A DNA stretch of 64,000 bases from Myxococcota bacterium (lineage in GTDB: Bacteria > Myxococcota_A > UBA796 > CAJQPC01): contig DASCPX010000009.1 in NCBI GenBank assembly GCA_036012755.1, positions 32,001 through 96,000 of the forward strand. Reading direction: 5' to 3'. Position 1 is the first letter of the stretch. Each line of letters starts with the position of its first letter. Under the pieces are notes generated by a model. It saw nothing but the letters and a program-made list of their open reading frames with translations, did no database searches and had not been told where the DNA came from. Below are positions 17,799 through 26,257 of this stretch, piece after piece. The position numbers and the translations under genes were made by a program.

Positions 17799-18538
17799 CC
17801 CTCGCGCTCGCCGCCCTGTTCATCGCCTTCGCGCAGGTCGTGCGAGGCGTCACGGGCTTCGGGTCGGCGCTGGTCGGCGTCCCGCTGTTGGCTGCTCTCT
17901 ACGGGCCGCGCACCGCCATCTTCGTGATGGCAGCCACGGACCTCGTCGGCAGCGGGCCCCTCATCTGGGACGTGCGCCGCCAGCTCAGGGTGCTGGTTCT
18001 CGCGGCGCTGCTGCCCGGATCGATCCTCGGCCAGCACGTCGGCACCGAGCTGCTGCTGATCCTCGACGAGGCCGTCGTGAAGGCAGTGCTTGCCACGGTC
18101 GTCGCCATCTTCGCGGTCCGCATGGTGTGGAGACCGGTGCGCACCGGCCGCGGCGAGCTCCTCGACCTGCCCGAGAACAAAGGCACCGTGCTCGGAGTCG
18201 GGGCCATCGCCGGAGCCATCGGCGGGGTCATCTCCGGACTCGTCGGAGCCGGAGGCCCACCCGTCGTGATCTGGGCCAGGCACTTCTTCGCCCCGCCGCT
18301 GTTCCGGTCCCAGCTCATCTGGATCTTCTTCTTCACGGGCGCCACGCTGACCGGGATGCTCTGGTTCAAGGGCGCCGTCGACGAAGGCACGCCGCTGTTG
18401 GCCACGCTCCTGGTGGTCCCGATGCTCATCGGAAACCGCCTCGGCGCCTGGCTCGCGCCGAAGATCCCGCCTGCGGCCTTCGGGCGCCTGGTAGGGCTCA
18501 TCCTCCTGGGGACTGCGGGCCTGATGGTCAGCGGCTGA
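17795..18538 (+). CDS. TauE/SafE sulfite exporter family membrane protein
   Basis: TTG start overlapping the moeB stop (TTGA); RGVTGFGSAL and GLVGAGGPP motifs; multiple TM helices. Confidence 0.88.
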   Translation: MTLALAALFIAFAQVVRGVTGFGSALVGVPLLAALYGPRTAIFVMAATDLVGSGPLIWDVRRQLRVLVLAALLPGSILGQHVGTELLLILDEAVVKAVLATVVAIFAVRMVWRPVRTGRGELLDLPENKGTVLGVGAIAGAIGGVISGLVGAGGPPVVIWARHFFAPPLFRSQLIWIFFFTGATLTGMLWFKGAVDEGTPLLATLLVVPMLIGNRLGAWLAPKIPPAAFGRLVGLILLGTAGLMVSG

Positions 18539-19412
18539 GCACCACCATGGCCTCGACGTGGTGGGTGCCGGGGAACATGTCGAAGCCGACGGCGCGGGTG
18601 ACGCGGTAGCCGGCCTTCAGCGCGACGCTTGCATCTCGTTGCAGGCTGCGCGGGTTGCAGCTGACATAGACGATGCCCTTCGGGCGGGTCGGCAAGAGCT
18701 GGTCGAGCACACGGGGGGCTCCCCCCCGCGGCGGATCGAGCAAGGCCACGTCGAAGGCAGCGTCTCCGGCGCGGAACGAGCTGGCGTCGGCGGTGCGGGC
18801 GTCGATGTCCAAGCCGTGCCGCTTCGCCGTGTCCCTAGCGTCCCGCATGGCGGAGCCGGCGACCTCGATGAGGGTGACGGGCTGGACATCGGCGAAGCAG
18901 AGGCTGAGGTTGCCGATGCCGGCGTAGAGATCGAGGACGCGGCTCGGCGAGAGCCCCAGCACGGCGTCTCGGACCTCTTCGACGAGGACAGCGTTCACCT
19001 CGAGGTTGACCTGGTAGAAGCTGCCCGGGCTCACCCGCAGGCGGAGGCCTTGGACCTCGAGCCAGAGCTGGGGATCCCCGACCACCGCCTTGCCCCGACA
19101 AGCCGCCGGATAGCCGAGGTCGGCCAGGCGCTGCCGTGGTCCGATGCCGTTGAGCACGACCTTCGAGCCGTCGCTGCGGATCTCGAGGCGCTCGACGGTG
19201 CCGAGGTCCCGCTGCGCCAGCTCCCGGAGCGCTGCGTCGACCTCTTCGCGCGCCAGGGGTTCGTGCTCGATGGCGCGAAACGTGCGGCTGCGCCGCTCCA
19301 TCACCCCGACTCGCCCGCCGACCACGTTCAGGTCGATGCGCGCCCGGTAGCCCGTCTGGCGGGGTGAGCTCACCCACCGATCGAGGCGCCGACCCAAAAG
19401 TTCGCTCAACAT
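18528..19412 (-). CDS. RNA (uracil-5)-methyltransferase, TrmA/RlmD family (no TRAM domain)
   Basis: GYRAR, SFYQVN, LDLYAGIG, LDPPRGG, YVSCNP, DMFPGTHHVE. Confidence 0.9.
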   Translation of the reverse strand: MLSELLGRRLDRWVSSPRQTGYRARIDLNVVGGRVGVMERRSRTFRAIEHEPLAREEVDAALRELAQRDLGTVERLEIRSDGSKVVLNGIGPRQRLADLGYPAACRGKAVVGDPQLWLEVQGLRLRVSPGSFYQVNLEVNAVLVEEVRDAVLGLSPSRVLDLYAGIGNLSLCFADVQPVTLIEVAGSAMRDARDTAKRHGLDIDARTADASSFRAGDAAFDVALLDPPRGGAPRVLDQLLPTRPKGIVYVSCNPRSLQRDASVALKAGYRVTRAVGFDMFPGTHHVEAMVVLSR

Positions 19413-19449
19413 CGGGTAGCTTCATGCCATAGACGGGACACGGGACCGA

Positions 19450-19977
19450 ATGATCACTTTTCGAAAGTCGCAGGGCCTGCTCGTCGTGAGCATGGCCGAA
19501 GGAGCCGTGGTCGGCAAGCTGGACGACTTCCAGTTCGACCTCGAGGACCGCACGATCTACGGCTACCGCATCAAGGGCTCGGGCATGTTCTCGAAGACCG
19601 GCGGCATCGTGGCCGAGAAGCTGGTGAAGGTCGGGCGACACGTGGTCTTCATCTCCTCCGAGGCTGACGTGGAGTGGACCACCGCTGCCCGCCACGCCGA
19701 AGAGGGCCGCGCGTGGGCCAGCCAGTACACGGGCACCCGCGTGATGAGCCGACGCGGCACGATGATGGGCGAGGTGGACGACTTCGTCTTCGATCCCGAG
19801 GAGGACAAGGTCCTGGCGCTCTACCTGGACCACAACCGCGTGGTCGAGATCGGCGACGCGGTGACGACAGGGCCAGCGGCCTGCATCCTGGACGCCTCGG
19901 CGGTGCGCGAGGTCCCGGGAGAGAGCCACGAGCCCAAGTCATGGTGGTCGAGGCTCACAGAGAGCGACGACGACTGA
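19450..19977 (+). CDS. Tandem PRC-barrel domain protein
   Basis: Two repeats: 'EGAVVGKLDDFQFD' and 'GTMMGEVDDFVFD'. Confidence 0.85.
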   Translation: MITFRKSQGLLVVSMAEGAVVGKLDDFQFDLEDRTIYGYRIKGSGMFSKTGGIVAEKLVKVGRHVVFISSEADVEWTTAARHAEEGRAWASQYTGTRVMSRRGTMMGEVDDFVFDPEEDKVLALYLDHNRVVEIGDAVTTGPAACILDASAVREVPGESHEPKSWWSRLTESDDD

Positions 19978-20103
19978 AGGGTCGCGTGTCAGCTGTAGTT
20001 GTCGTCGGCCCAGTCGGCCGACGGGGGGCCCGGCAACTCGCTCTCGGTGAAACAGCACGCCTGCGTGCAATCTGGACGAGGCTGACGCGCAGGGTCCCCG
20101 AGA

Positions 20104-20202
20104 CTGATCAGCGCTCAAGGACCGTCCTGCGGTCCTTGGAGACCGAACAGCGCGCCTGATCAGCGCTCAAGGACCGTCCTGCGGTCCTTGGAGGCCGAAC
20201 AG
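20104..20202. repeat. Two 47-bp direct repeats (REP-like), each with an internal 9-bp hairpin
   Basis: CTGATCAGCGCTCAAGGACCGTCCTGCGGTCCTTGGAG(A/G)CCGAACAG at 20104-20150 and 20156-20202 with 1 mismatch; stem CAAGGACCG/CGGTCCTTG. Confidence 0.9.
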
Positions 20203-20204
20203 GA

Positions 20205-20235
<31 letters not shown>

Positions 20236-20258
20236 CATCAGGACGTCACCGCCCACCC

Positions 20259-20897
20259 CTAGGGAGCCACCAGCTGGAGCTCCAGCGAGTCTGCGCTCGA
20301 ACGAGGCTCGCCCAGGGCTCGGGCGACGCAGGCCATGTCATCGGCGGTCAGGCCATCGACGAAGCCCTGGAAGCGCACGAGGCGCGCTTCGCTGGTCTTG
20401 TCGTAGAGCACCTCGACCGGGATCGGCGGCAGGCTCGGGTGGAGTGAGCAGCCAGCCAGCGCCCCGGTCGCCGAGGCAAGGGCGTCAGGGGGCCAGTCCG
20501 CGCCGCGGATCTCCAGCGGGCGGGGGTCCGTGACCACCGGGTCGGAGACGTCGTGGGCGTGGAGCGGGTCGTGGACGATCTGCCAGCCAACGTACGGCGG
20601 CTCGTGGGATGACCAGGTGAGCACCTCGCCATCGGTGAGCGTGTAGCCGCTCCTCCACTCCAGGCCTGCGGTGCGCATCCAGGTGCGCTCGCCGCCTTCG
20701 ATGGCTTCGTCGTGCCGGCGGAGCGCCCGGTGGACGACGCCGGCCTGCTCGCAGAGGAGGACCTCGTCGAGCCATCCGCAGCGCTCCAGCACGCCGAAGG
20801 GCCAGTCCTTGTCCTCGACGATGCCAGCAGGCAAGGGCCCGCCGAAGTGATCGGGGGCCCACCATGGTCCGTCAGCGGCGAGCAGAAGCAGTAGCAT
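20259..20897 (-). CDS. Hypothetical secreted protein
   Basis: 212 aa with MLLLLLAA start; plausible codon usage; fills the gap between neighbouring genes. Confidence 0.65.
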   Translation of the reverse strand: MLLLLLAADGPWWAPDHFGGPLPAGIVEDKDWPFGVLERCGWLDEVLLCEQAGVVHRALRRHDEAIEGGERTWMRTAGLEWRSGYTLTDGEVLTWSSHEPPYVGWQIVHDPLHAHDVSDPVVTDPRPLEIRGADWPPDALASATGALAGCSLHPSLPPIPVEVLYDKTSEARLVRFQGFVDGLTADDMACVARALGEPRSSADSLELQLVAP

Positions 20898-20950
20898 CTA
20901 CCTGAGCGTACGCGACACACCGCGGCGCCATTCGAGATAGAGAGGCCGCC

Positions 20951-22861
20951 GTGAGGGCGCCGAGCCAGCGAGTCCAGAGCGTGCTTCGGTGCGCGGCGAT
21001 GGGGGCGGCCTTCGGGCTCGTCACCCTCGGTGCAGAAGAGGTGCTCCACTGGCTCCTGCGCCACCCCAACCTGCGCGCAGGCGAGATCCTCCAGATCCTG
21101 CCCTTCTACGTGTTCCTGGCCTCCATCGCCGGGGCCTTGGTGGGTGCCGCTGGCCTCCGGGGAGTCGCGGCCGCGCTCTGGGTCTGGTCAGCGTGGCTCG
21201 GCATGCTCTTCGCTGGCGGTGCCTACGCCGCCTTCGGCATCGCAGGCTTGCCCATGGTGGTCTTCGGGATCCTCGCCGCGGTCGTGGTGGTGCTGTTCTT
21301 GACCCGCTCCCGCGACGAGCTCCGCTGGGGTGCCCTCGCCGGCGGCTTCGCATGGAGCGTCGGCGTCCTGGTGCTGAACAACAGCGGCCTGGGCACGACC
21401 TTCTCTGCCAGGCGGCTCCTCGTCAACATCGGCCTGGCGGTCATCGGCGTCGCGATGACCCTGGGCATCGGAAAGGGCCTGGAGCGCTTCGATCGCGAGC
21501 CGCGGCCAGGCGTAATGGCGTTCTTGCTGGCTGTCCTGCTCTGGGTGGTGCGCGCCCTGTTGCCGAACCCCACCGCCATCGATCTGCCCGGTCAGGCGAC
21601 CAAGGGTCACGAGGGGCCTGCCGTCCTCGTCGTGCTCGTGGACGGGCTGCGCGCGGACCACGTCGGCTACTTCGGCTACCCCGGCGAGACCACGCCCTTC
21701 CTCGACAAGCTGGCCTCGAAGAGCATCAGCTACGAACACGCCTACGCCAGCGCTCCGTGGTCACTGCCTGCCGCCGCGACGGTGTTCACCGGCCTGTACC
21801 CCTCTGCCCATGGCGCCGGAGAGAACCCGAACGGGGGCTTCGCACCACTCTCCGCCGACAAGCGCACCGTCGGCGAGTACTACCACGACGCCGGGTACGT
21901 GACCGCGCTGGTCGTCACCCGCCCCGAGTACCGCCAAGGCAGCGGCCTGGGGCAGGGCTTCGACTACCACCGCAGCGTCTCCGGACTCGCCCACGAGCCG
22001 GCCCTGCTGGCCACGCTCGACGCCGTGGGTGTCCCGATCCTCGGCGTGCGGGCCCACCCGGGCGCGGACCTCGTCACCGACAAGGCCGTCGAGTTCATCG
22101 GATCGCGACAAGGCCCGGGCTGGTTGCTGGTCGTGCAGTACAGCGATCTGCTCGGTGACCGCACCGCTCCGGACGAGTACCTCCGCGAGGGCGGTGATCC
22201 CCTCGCCGAGGCCTATGACGCCGAGCTCCGCTTCCTGGACCGCCACCTCAAGAGGCTGGTGAGGAACACCCCCGATGATGCATGGATCGTACTGGTGGGG
22301 ACCTACGGGGTGCACCTCGGCGAGCGGGACGCCGTCGAGTCGCCAGAGGTCGGCAACGACCTCTTCCAGGAGAACCTGCGGGTCCCGCTCCTGGTCTTCA
22401 AGCCGCGCAACCTCAAGCCGGTCACCGTCGTGCGCAACGTGCGGACGGCCGATGTTCTGCCGTCCCTGGTCGAGGTCATCGGGGGTTCCCTCCGCATCCG
22501 AACCGACGGCGATGTGCTCGACGAGGTCTTCGGCTTCGACCTTCCCCTGCAGGAGCGCCCGGCGATCTCCAGCGCGGTCATCGGCGAGCCCGACACGATC
22601 GCGGTCCGCTCCGAGCAGTACAAGCTCATCTGGCGCGACGGCACCATCGAGCTCTACGACATCGCCCTCGATCCCGGGGAGCAAGACGACCTCGCCGACG
22701 AGCAGCCCGAGCTCGCAGAGCGCATCTCCTGGGCCCTGCCAGGGATCGAGCGCCCGGTGGCCGACGACGATCTCGACGGCGTGCGCGAACACTTCGAGGA
22801 CCGCTTCAACCCCGAGGTCGTGCCCGAACGCGGCGACACGGGGGCCGTCGAGCCCGAGTAG
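20951..22861 (+). CDS. Membrane-anchored sulfatase-like (alkaline phosphatase superfamily) protein
   Basis: About 7 N-terminal TM helices; VLVDGLRADH, APWSLPAAATVFTGLYP, LRVPL, ELYDIALDPGEQ. Confidence 0.85.
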   Translation: MRAPSQRVQSVLRCAAMGAAFGLVTLGAEEVLHWLLRHPNLRAGEILQILPFYVFLASIAGALVGAAGLRGVAAALWVWSAWLGMLFAGGAYAAFGIAGLPMVVFGILAAVVVVLFLTRSRDELRWGALAGGFAWSVGVLVLNNSGLGTTFSARRLLVNIGLAVIGVAMTLGIGKGLERFDREPRPGVMAFLLAVLLWVVRALLPNPTAIDLPGQATKGHEGPAVLVVLVDGLRADHVGYFGYPGETTPFLDKLASKSISYEHAYASAPWSLPAAATVFTGLYPSAHGAGENPNGGFAPLSADKRTVGEYYHDAGYVTALVVTRPEYRQGSGLGQGFDYHRSVSGLAHEPALLATLDAVGVPILGVRAHPGADLVTDKAVEFIGSRQGPGWLLVVQYSDLLGDRTAPDEYLREGGDPLAEAYDAELRFLDRHLKRLVRNTPDDAWIVLVGTYGVHLGERDAVESPEVGNDLFQENLRVPLLVFKPRNLKPVTVVRNVRTADVLPSLVEVIGGSLRIRTDGDVLDEVFGFDLPLQERPAISSAVIGEPDTIAVRSEQYKLIWRDGTIELYDIALDPGEQDDLADEQPELAERISWALPGIERPVADDDLDGVREHFEDRFNPEVVPERGDTGAVEPE

Positions 22862-22870
22862 GTTCTGTCC

Positions 22871-24379
22871 ATGTGGTGGCAACTCGCCTGCAGCCAACCA
22901 GAACCCCCGCCCCCCGCTCTGGTCCCCGAGCAGGTCTGGGTGGAGTTCGATGACGAGGGCACGCGCTTTGTCGCCCACTGCCGCTCTGACCCGACCATCG
23001 ACGCGGAGCCCGAGTGGCTCGTCGACGGCGCCCCGGGCACACCGGACGAGCTGGAGTGCCGCACCGCGGTGGCCTGCTCCCTGGGCGGGCGGCTGTCCGA
23101 GGCCTATCGCCCGGACGAGCAGTTCGACGCAGTCCTTCGCGCGAGGGCAATCGAAGACGCGTTGCTCTGCGAGGTCACCTGCGGGACCCACGCCGACGCG
23201 GCCTTCGACATCGGCTGGGACGGACGCCCCGGAGCGCTGTTGTGGCCCCAGGCACGGGCTGAGCAGAACACCTGCCAGGCCGAGGGGCCCGTGACGGTGG
23301 AGATCGTCGTCGAGGCAGGCCCCGCCTCGGCGATCGAAGAGATCGAGCTCCACGGACCAGGGGGCGACTTCGGCTTCGCGCTCGGGCACGGCGACGTGGA
23401 CGGGGACGGAGCGCGCGACCTCGCCATCGGCGCTCCGAAGGCTGGCGAGATGACCTACGCGGGACAGCTCTTCGTCCTCTCGGGGCTGGAGCTGGGCGTC
23501 CCGACGGTCGAGGTCACGGAGCCTGTGTTCGAGGGAGGCGCCGTGGCCGCCTACGTCGGCTGGAGCGTCGCCGCTTCGGACCTCGACGATGACGGCCTCG
23601 ACGAGCTGCTCGTCGGCGCGCCCGGGAGCGGGGAGCTCGCACACCGGGGAGGCGCCGCCCACCTGCTCTCCGGCGGCGAGGTGAGCGAGAGCTGGTACGG
23701 ACCGGTCACCTACGGCTGGGGGGCCGTAGACGTCGCGGCCACCAGCGAGGTGCTCATCGCCGGCGCCTACGGGGTCGAGGACAACGCCGGCGCCGCGTAC
23801 TCGCTGCTGTCGTCCGGACTCGACGAGGCCTTCGTGAACGGCGATGTCGCCACCGGGTACCTGGGCCTGGCGGTGGCCTTCGCCGGGGACACCGACGGCG
23901 ACGGCCTCGACGAGTGGGCTGCCGGCGCCCCCGGGGCGGACGCCGTCGCCCTCGTCGAAGAAGAGGACATCGACTGGCTCTTCGGACCGGCCGGGAGCTA
24001 CTTCGGGTGGGACGTCGCTGGGGTAGGTGACTTCGACGGGGACGGCCTCGACGACGTCCTGGTAGCCGCTCCGCTCGCGGACCAGGCCTGGGTCGGAGAC
24101 CGCTCGATCGACATCGACGCCCGCAGCGTGGCCGGGCACGGCGACCAGGACGGAGACGGCCACACCGAGCTGCTCCTCGGCGAGCCGGGCCAGGGCACGG
24201 TCTGGATGGTCCACGACGACGGCACGCTGGTGTCGCTGCAGAAGGGTGAGAACTTCGGGTGGTCGGTGCTCAGCGTGCCGGATCTCGACGGCGACGGCCT
24301 CGACGAGATCCTCGTCGGCGCGCTGGATGACGACGACGGGCCCCAGCCCTCGATCCTGTGGATGTCACCGCAGGACTGA
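22871..24379 (+). CDS. FG-GAP/integrin-alpha repeat lipoprotein
   Basis: Repeated FGxxxxxGDxDGDGxDDLxxGAP units; MWWQLAC start. Confidence 0.88.
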   Translation: MWWQLACSQPEPPPPALVPEQVWVEFDDEGTRFVAHCRSDPTIDAEPEWLVDGAPGTPDELECRTAVACSLGGRLSEAYRPDEQFDAVLRARAIEDALLCEVTCGTHADAAFDIGWDGRPGALLWPQARAEQNTCQAEGPVTVEIVVEAGPASAIEEIELHGPGGDFGFALGHGDVDGDGARDLAIGAPKAGEMTYAGQLFVLSGLELGVPTVEVTEPVFEGGAVAAYVGWSVAASDLDDDGLDELLVGAPGSGELAHRGGAAHLLSGGEVSESWYGPVTYGWGAVDVAATSEVLIAGAYGVEDNAGAAYSLLSSGLDEAFVNGDVATGYLGLAVAFAGDTDGDGLDEWAAGAPGADAVALVEEEDIDWLFGPAGSYFGWDVAGVGDFDGDGLDDVLVAAPLADQAWVGDRSIDIDARSVAGHGDQDGDGHTELLLGEPGQGTVWMVHDDGTLVSLQKGENFGWSVLSVPDLDGDGLDEILVGALDDDDGPQPSILWMSPQD

Positions 24380-26257
24380 GCCCAGCTCGACGCCCTCCTC
24401 TGGCACCTCTGCCTCCAGGTCCTCGAAGTGGCGCCACCCATCGGGGGTCTCCTGCACGAGCTCGAAGCGGTGAGTGCCCGGGTGGATGCCGTCGATGGTG
24501 AAGGTGCCGTCCAGGTTCGTGAGCACCTCGAGGGGGCCGAAGTCGTCCATGCGGAAGCCCCGGATGCGTACGCCGATGAGCGGCTCGCCATCCTCTTCGA
24601 CGAGGCGCCCGGACACGCGGACACCAGCCGGCTCGAAGGGCGGCACGAGGGAGAGCTGCTGGCTCCCCTCCAGCGCGAAGTCGTGCCTCTCCAGCCCGGC
24701 GCTGGAGGAACGCCAGAGCACGTAGTCCCCGGCGGGCAGGAGGGTGATCTCGGCCTCGGCGAGAGTGGACCCCTGGGCCAGGCGGCGGACCTGACCCTCC
24801 CCGTCCTCCAGGCGCAGGGTCATCGCCGACGCGGCGACGTGCACGCTGGCGTTGGTGAAGAGCACGATCATCAGCCGCTCGTCGGCCGGCACGAGGGCCT
24901 CTACGCGCTTGCGGCCCCAGCGCGCGCGCACGGTGACGTCCTCGCCTTCGGGCCGGATCACCCAGGTGGTCCCTGCCTGATCGGCCAGCCGCACCTGGCC
25001 AGCTACGTCGACCTCGACCGCTCCATCGACAGGGTCGCCCCCTTGTCCGATGGTCCGAACCTCGAGGGCGTCGCGGTGGCCCTGAGGCAACAGCCGGAGC
25101 CGCGCCGGCCCCCCATCGACCTCGACGGAGCGACTGAGCGAGTCGCTGGTCTCGGCGTAGAGCGTGACGGACTCCCCCTCGGCCAGCTGCACCGGGAGCG
25201 CGAAGGCGCCTCGAGCGTCAGTCTCGACAGGGAGCGCGAGGTAGTGCTCCGTGTAGACAAGGGCCCCGGCGACAGGGCGACCCAGGCGCGTGCGGACGAC
25301 CCCGGTGACGACGTCGCCAGGCTCCAGCGCGATGGTCGTCTCCTGCTGTAGCCCCCCCTCGACGCGGACCGAGACCGAGCCTCCGCCGTCGACGTTGGCC
25401 GCCTGCAGCTCGTAGATCGCTGGTGGCAAGCCCGCGAAGGCGACCTCGCCAGCCTCGTCGGCCTCGGCGACACGGATCGACTCGAGGCTGGCGGAGGTGT
25501 CGTAGAGGTGGACCCTCAGGGGCCCGGAGGCGCCCTCGACTCGTACCAGGAGCTCACCGGGCTCGCTCGATGGGGTGGGAGCCGGCGGCAGCCCGACGAG
25601 CCAGGCCAGCGTGGCCGCGGCGTCGGTCGGCTCCGGGTCGAGATCGAAGACAAGGCGGCCTCCGATGACCAGCCTTCCCCCCTCGATGGACATCGGGCTC
25701 AGGGGCAGTCCACCGCGGACCGTGGCCACCTGGCTGTCGCCTCGGGTGACGCGCAGGACACCCCGCTCGAGCTCCGCCGTGTAGCCGCCGCCCTGCGCTG
25801 TGTAGCTCTCCTGCTGGCGGCTGCTCTCGAAGCCCTGCACGCGCTCGCGGTCCACCTCTCCGAGCAGAGCTCCGTCCGCGGGATCGAAGAGCTTCGCGGT
25901 CGGATCTCCCGAGGGCGAAACGAGCAGGCCGCCACCATCGACGAAGCGCATCGGGCCGACGAAGACCGGCTCGTCGGTGGCCGCGAGACGCCTGAAGGGA
26001 AGGGTCCAGCCATAGTCGGCGAGGACCGAGCAGGCCTGCTCATCGGTCTCACAGCGCGCCGACAGCGCCGCGGCTTCCCAGGCGGCGGGACCGGCCTCTC
26101 CCCAGTGACCGACGCAGCCGTCGAGGTCACCGAGTTCGCAGGCCTCTTCGAAGTACTCGATGCCGAGGCAGGCCTCTGCGTCGCCCTCCCGACATGCCAT
26201 GCGGTCAGTCTGCCAGGCGACGTCCTGAGCGCCTAGGGCCGCCGCGATCCAGATCAC
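24365..26257 (-). CDS. Secreted protein with N-terminal Cys-rich repeats and carboxypeptidase-regulatory-like domains
   Basis: GTG start overlapping the upstream stop (GTGA); ACREGDAEAC/ACELGDLDGC repeats; 'VTGVVRTRLGRPVAGALV' and 'VSGRLVEEDGEPLIGVRI...TNLDGTFTI'. Confidence 0.7.
   Translation of the reverse strand: MIWIAAALGAQDVAWQTDRMACREGDAEACLGIEYFEEACELGDLDGCVGHWGEAGPAAWEAAALSARCETDEQACSVLADYGWTLPFRRLAATDEPVFVGPMRFVDGGGLLVSPSGDPTAKLFDPADGALLGEVDRERVQGFESSRQQESYTAQGGGYTAELERGVLRVTRGDSQVATVRGGLPLSPMSIEGGRLVIGGRLVFDLDPEPTDAAATLAWLVGLPPAPTPSSEPGELLVRVEGASGPLRVHLYDTSASLESIRVAEADEAGEVAFAGLPPAIYELQAANVDGGGSVSVRVEGGLQQETTIALEPGDVVTGVVRTRLGRPVAGALVYTEHYLALPVETDARGAFALPVQLAEGESVTLYAETSDSLSRSVEVDGGPARLRLLPQGHRDALEVRTIGQGGDPVDGAVEVDVAGQVRLADQAGTTWVIRPEGEDVTVRARWGRKRVEALVPADERLMIVLFTNASVHVAASAMTLRLEDGEGQVRRLAQGSTLAEAEITLLPAGDYVLWRSSSAGLERHDFALEGSQQLSLVPPFEPAGVRVSGRLVEEDGEPLIGVRIRGFRMDDFGPLEVLTNLDGTFTIDGIHPGTHRFELVQETPDGWRHFEDLEAEVPEEGVELGSVLR

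Noticed and set aside
20104..20202. CRISPR array
   Set aside because: Only two 47-bp units separated by 5 nt, with no spacer-sized unique sequence and no cas genes.
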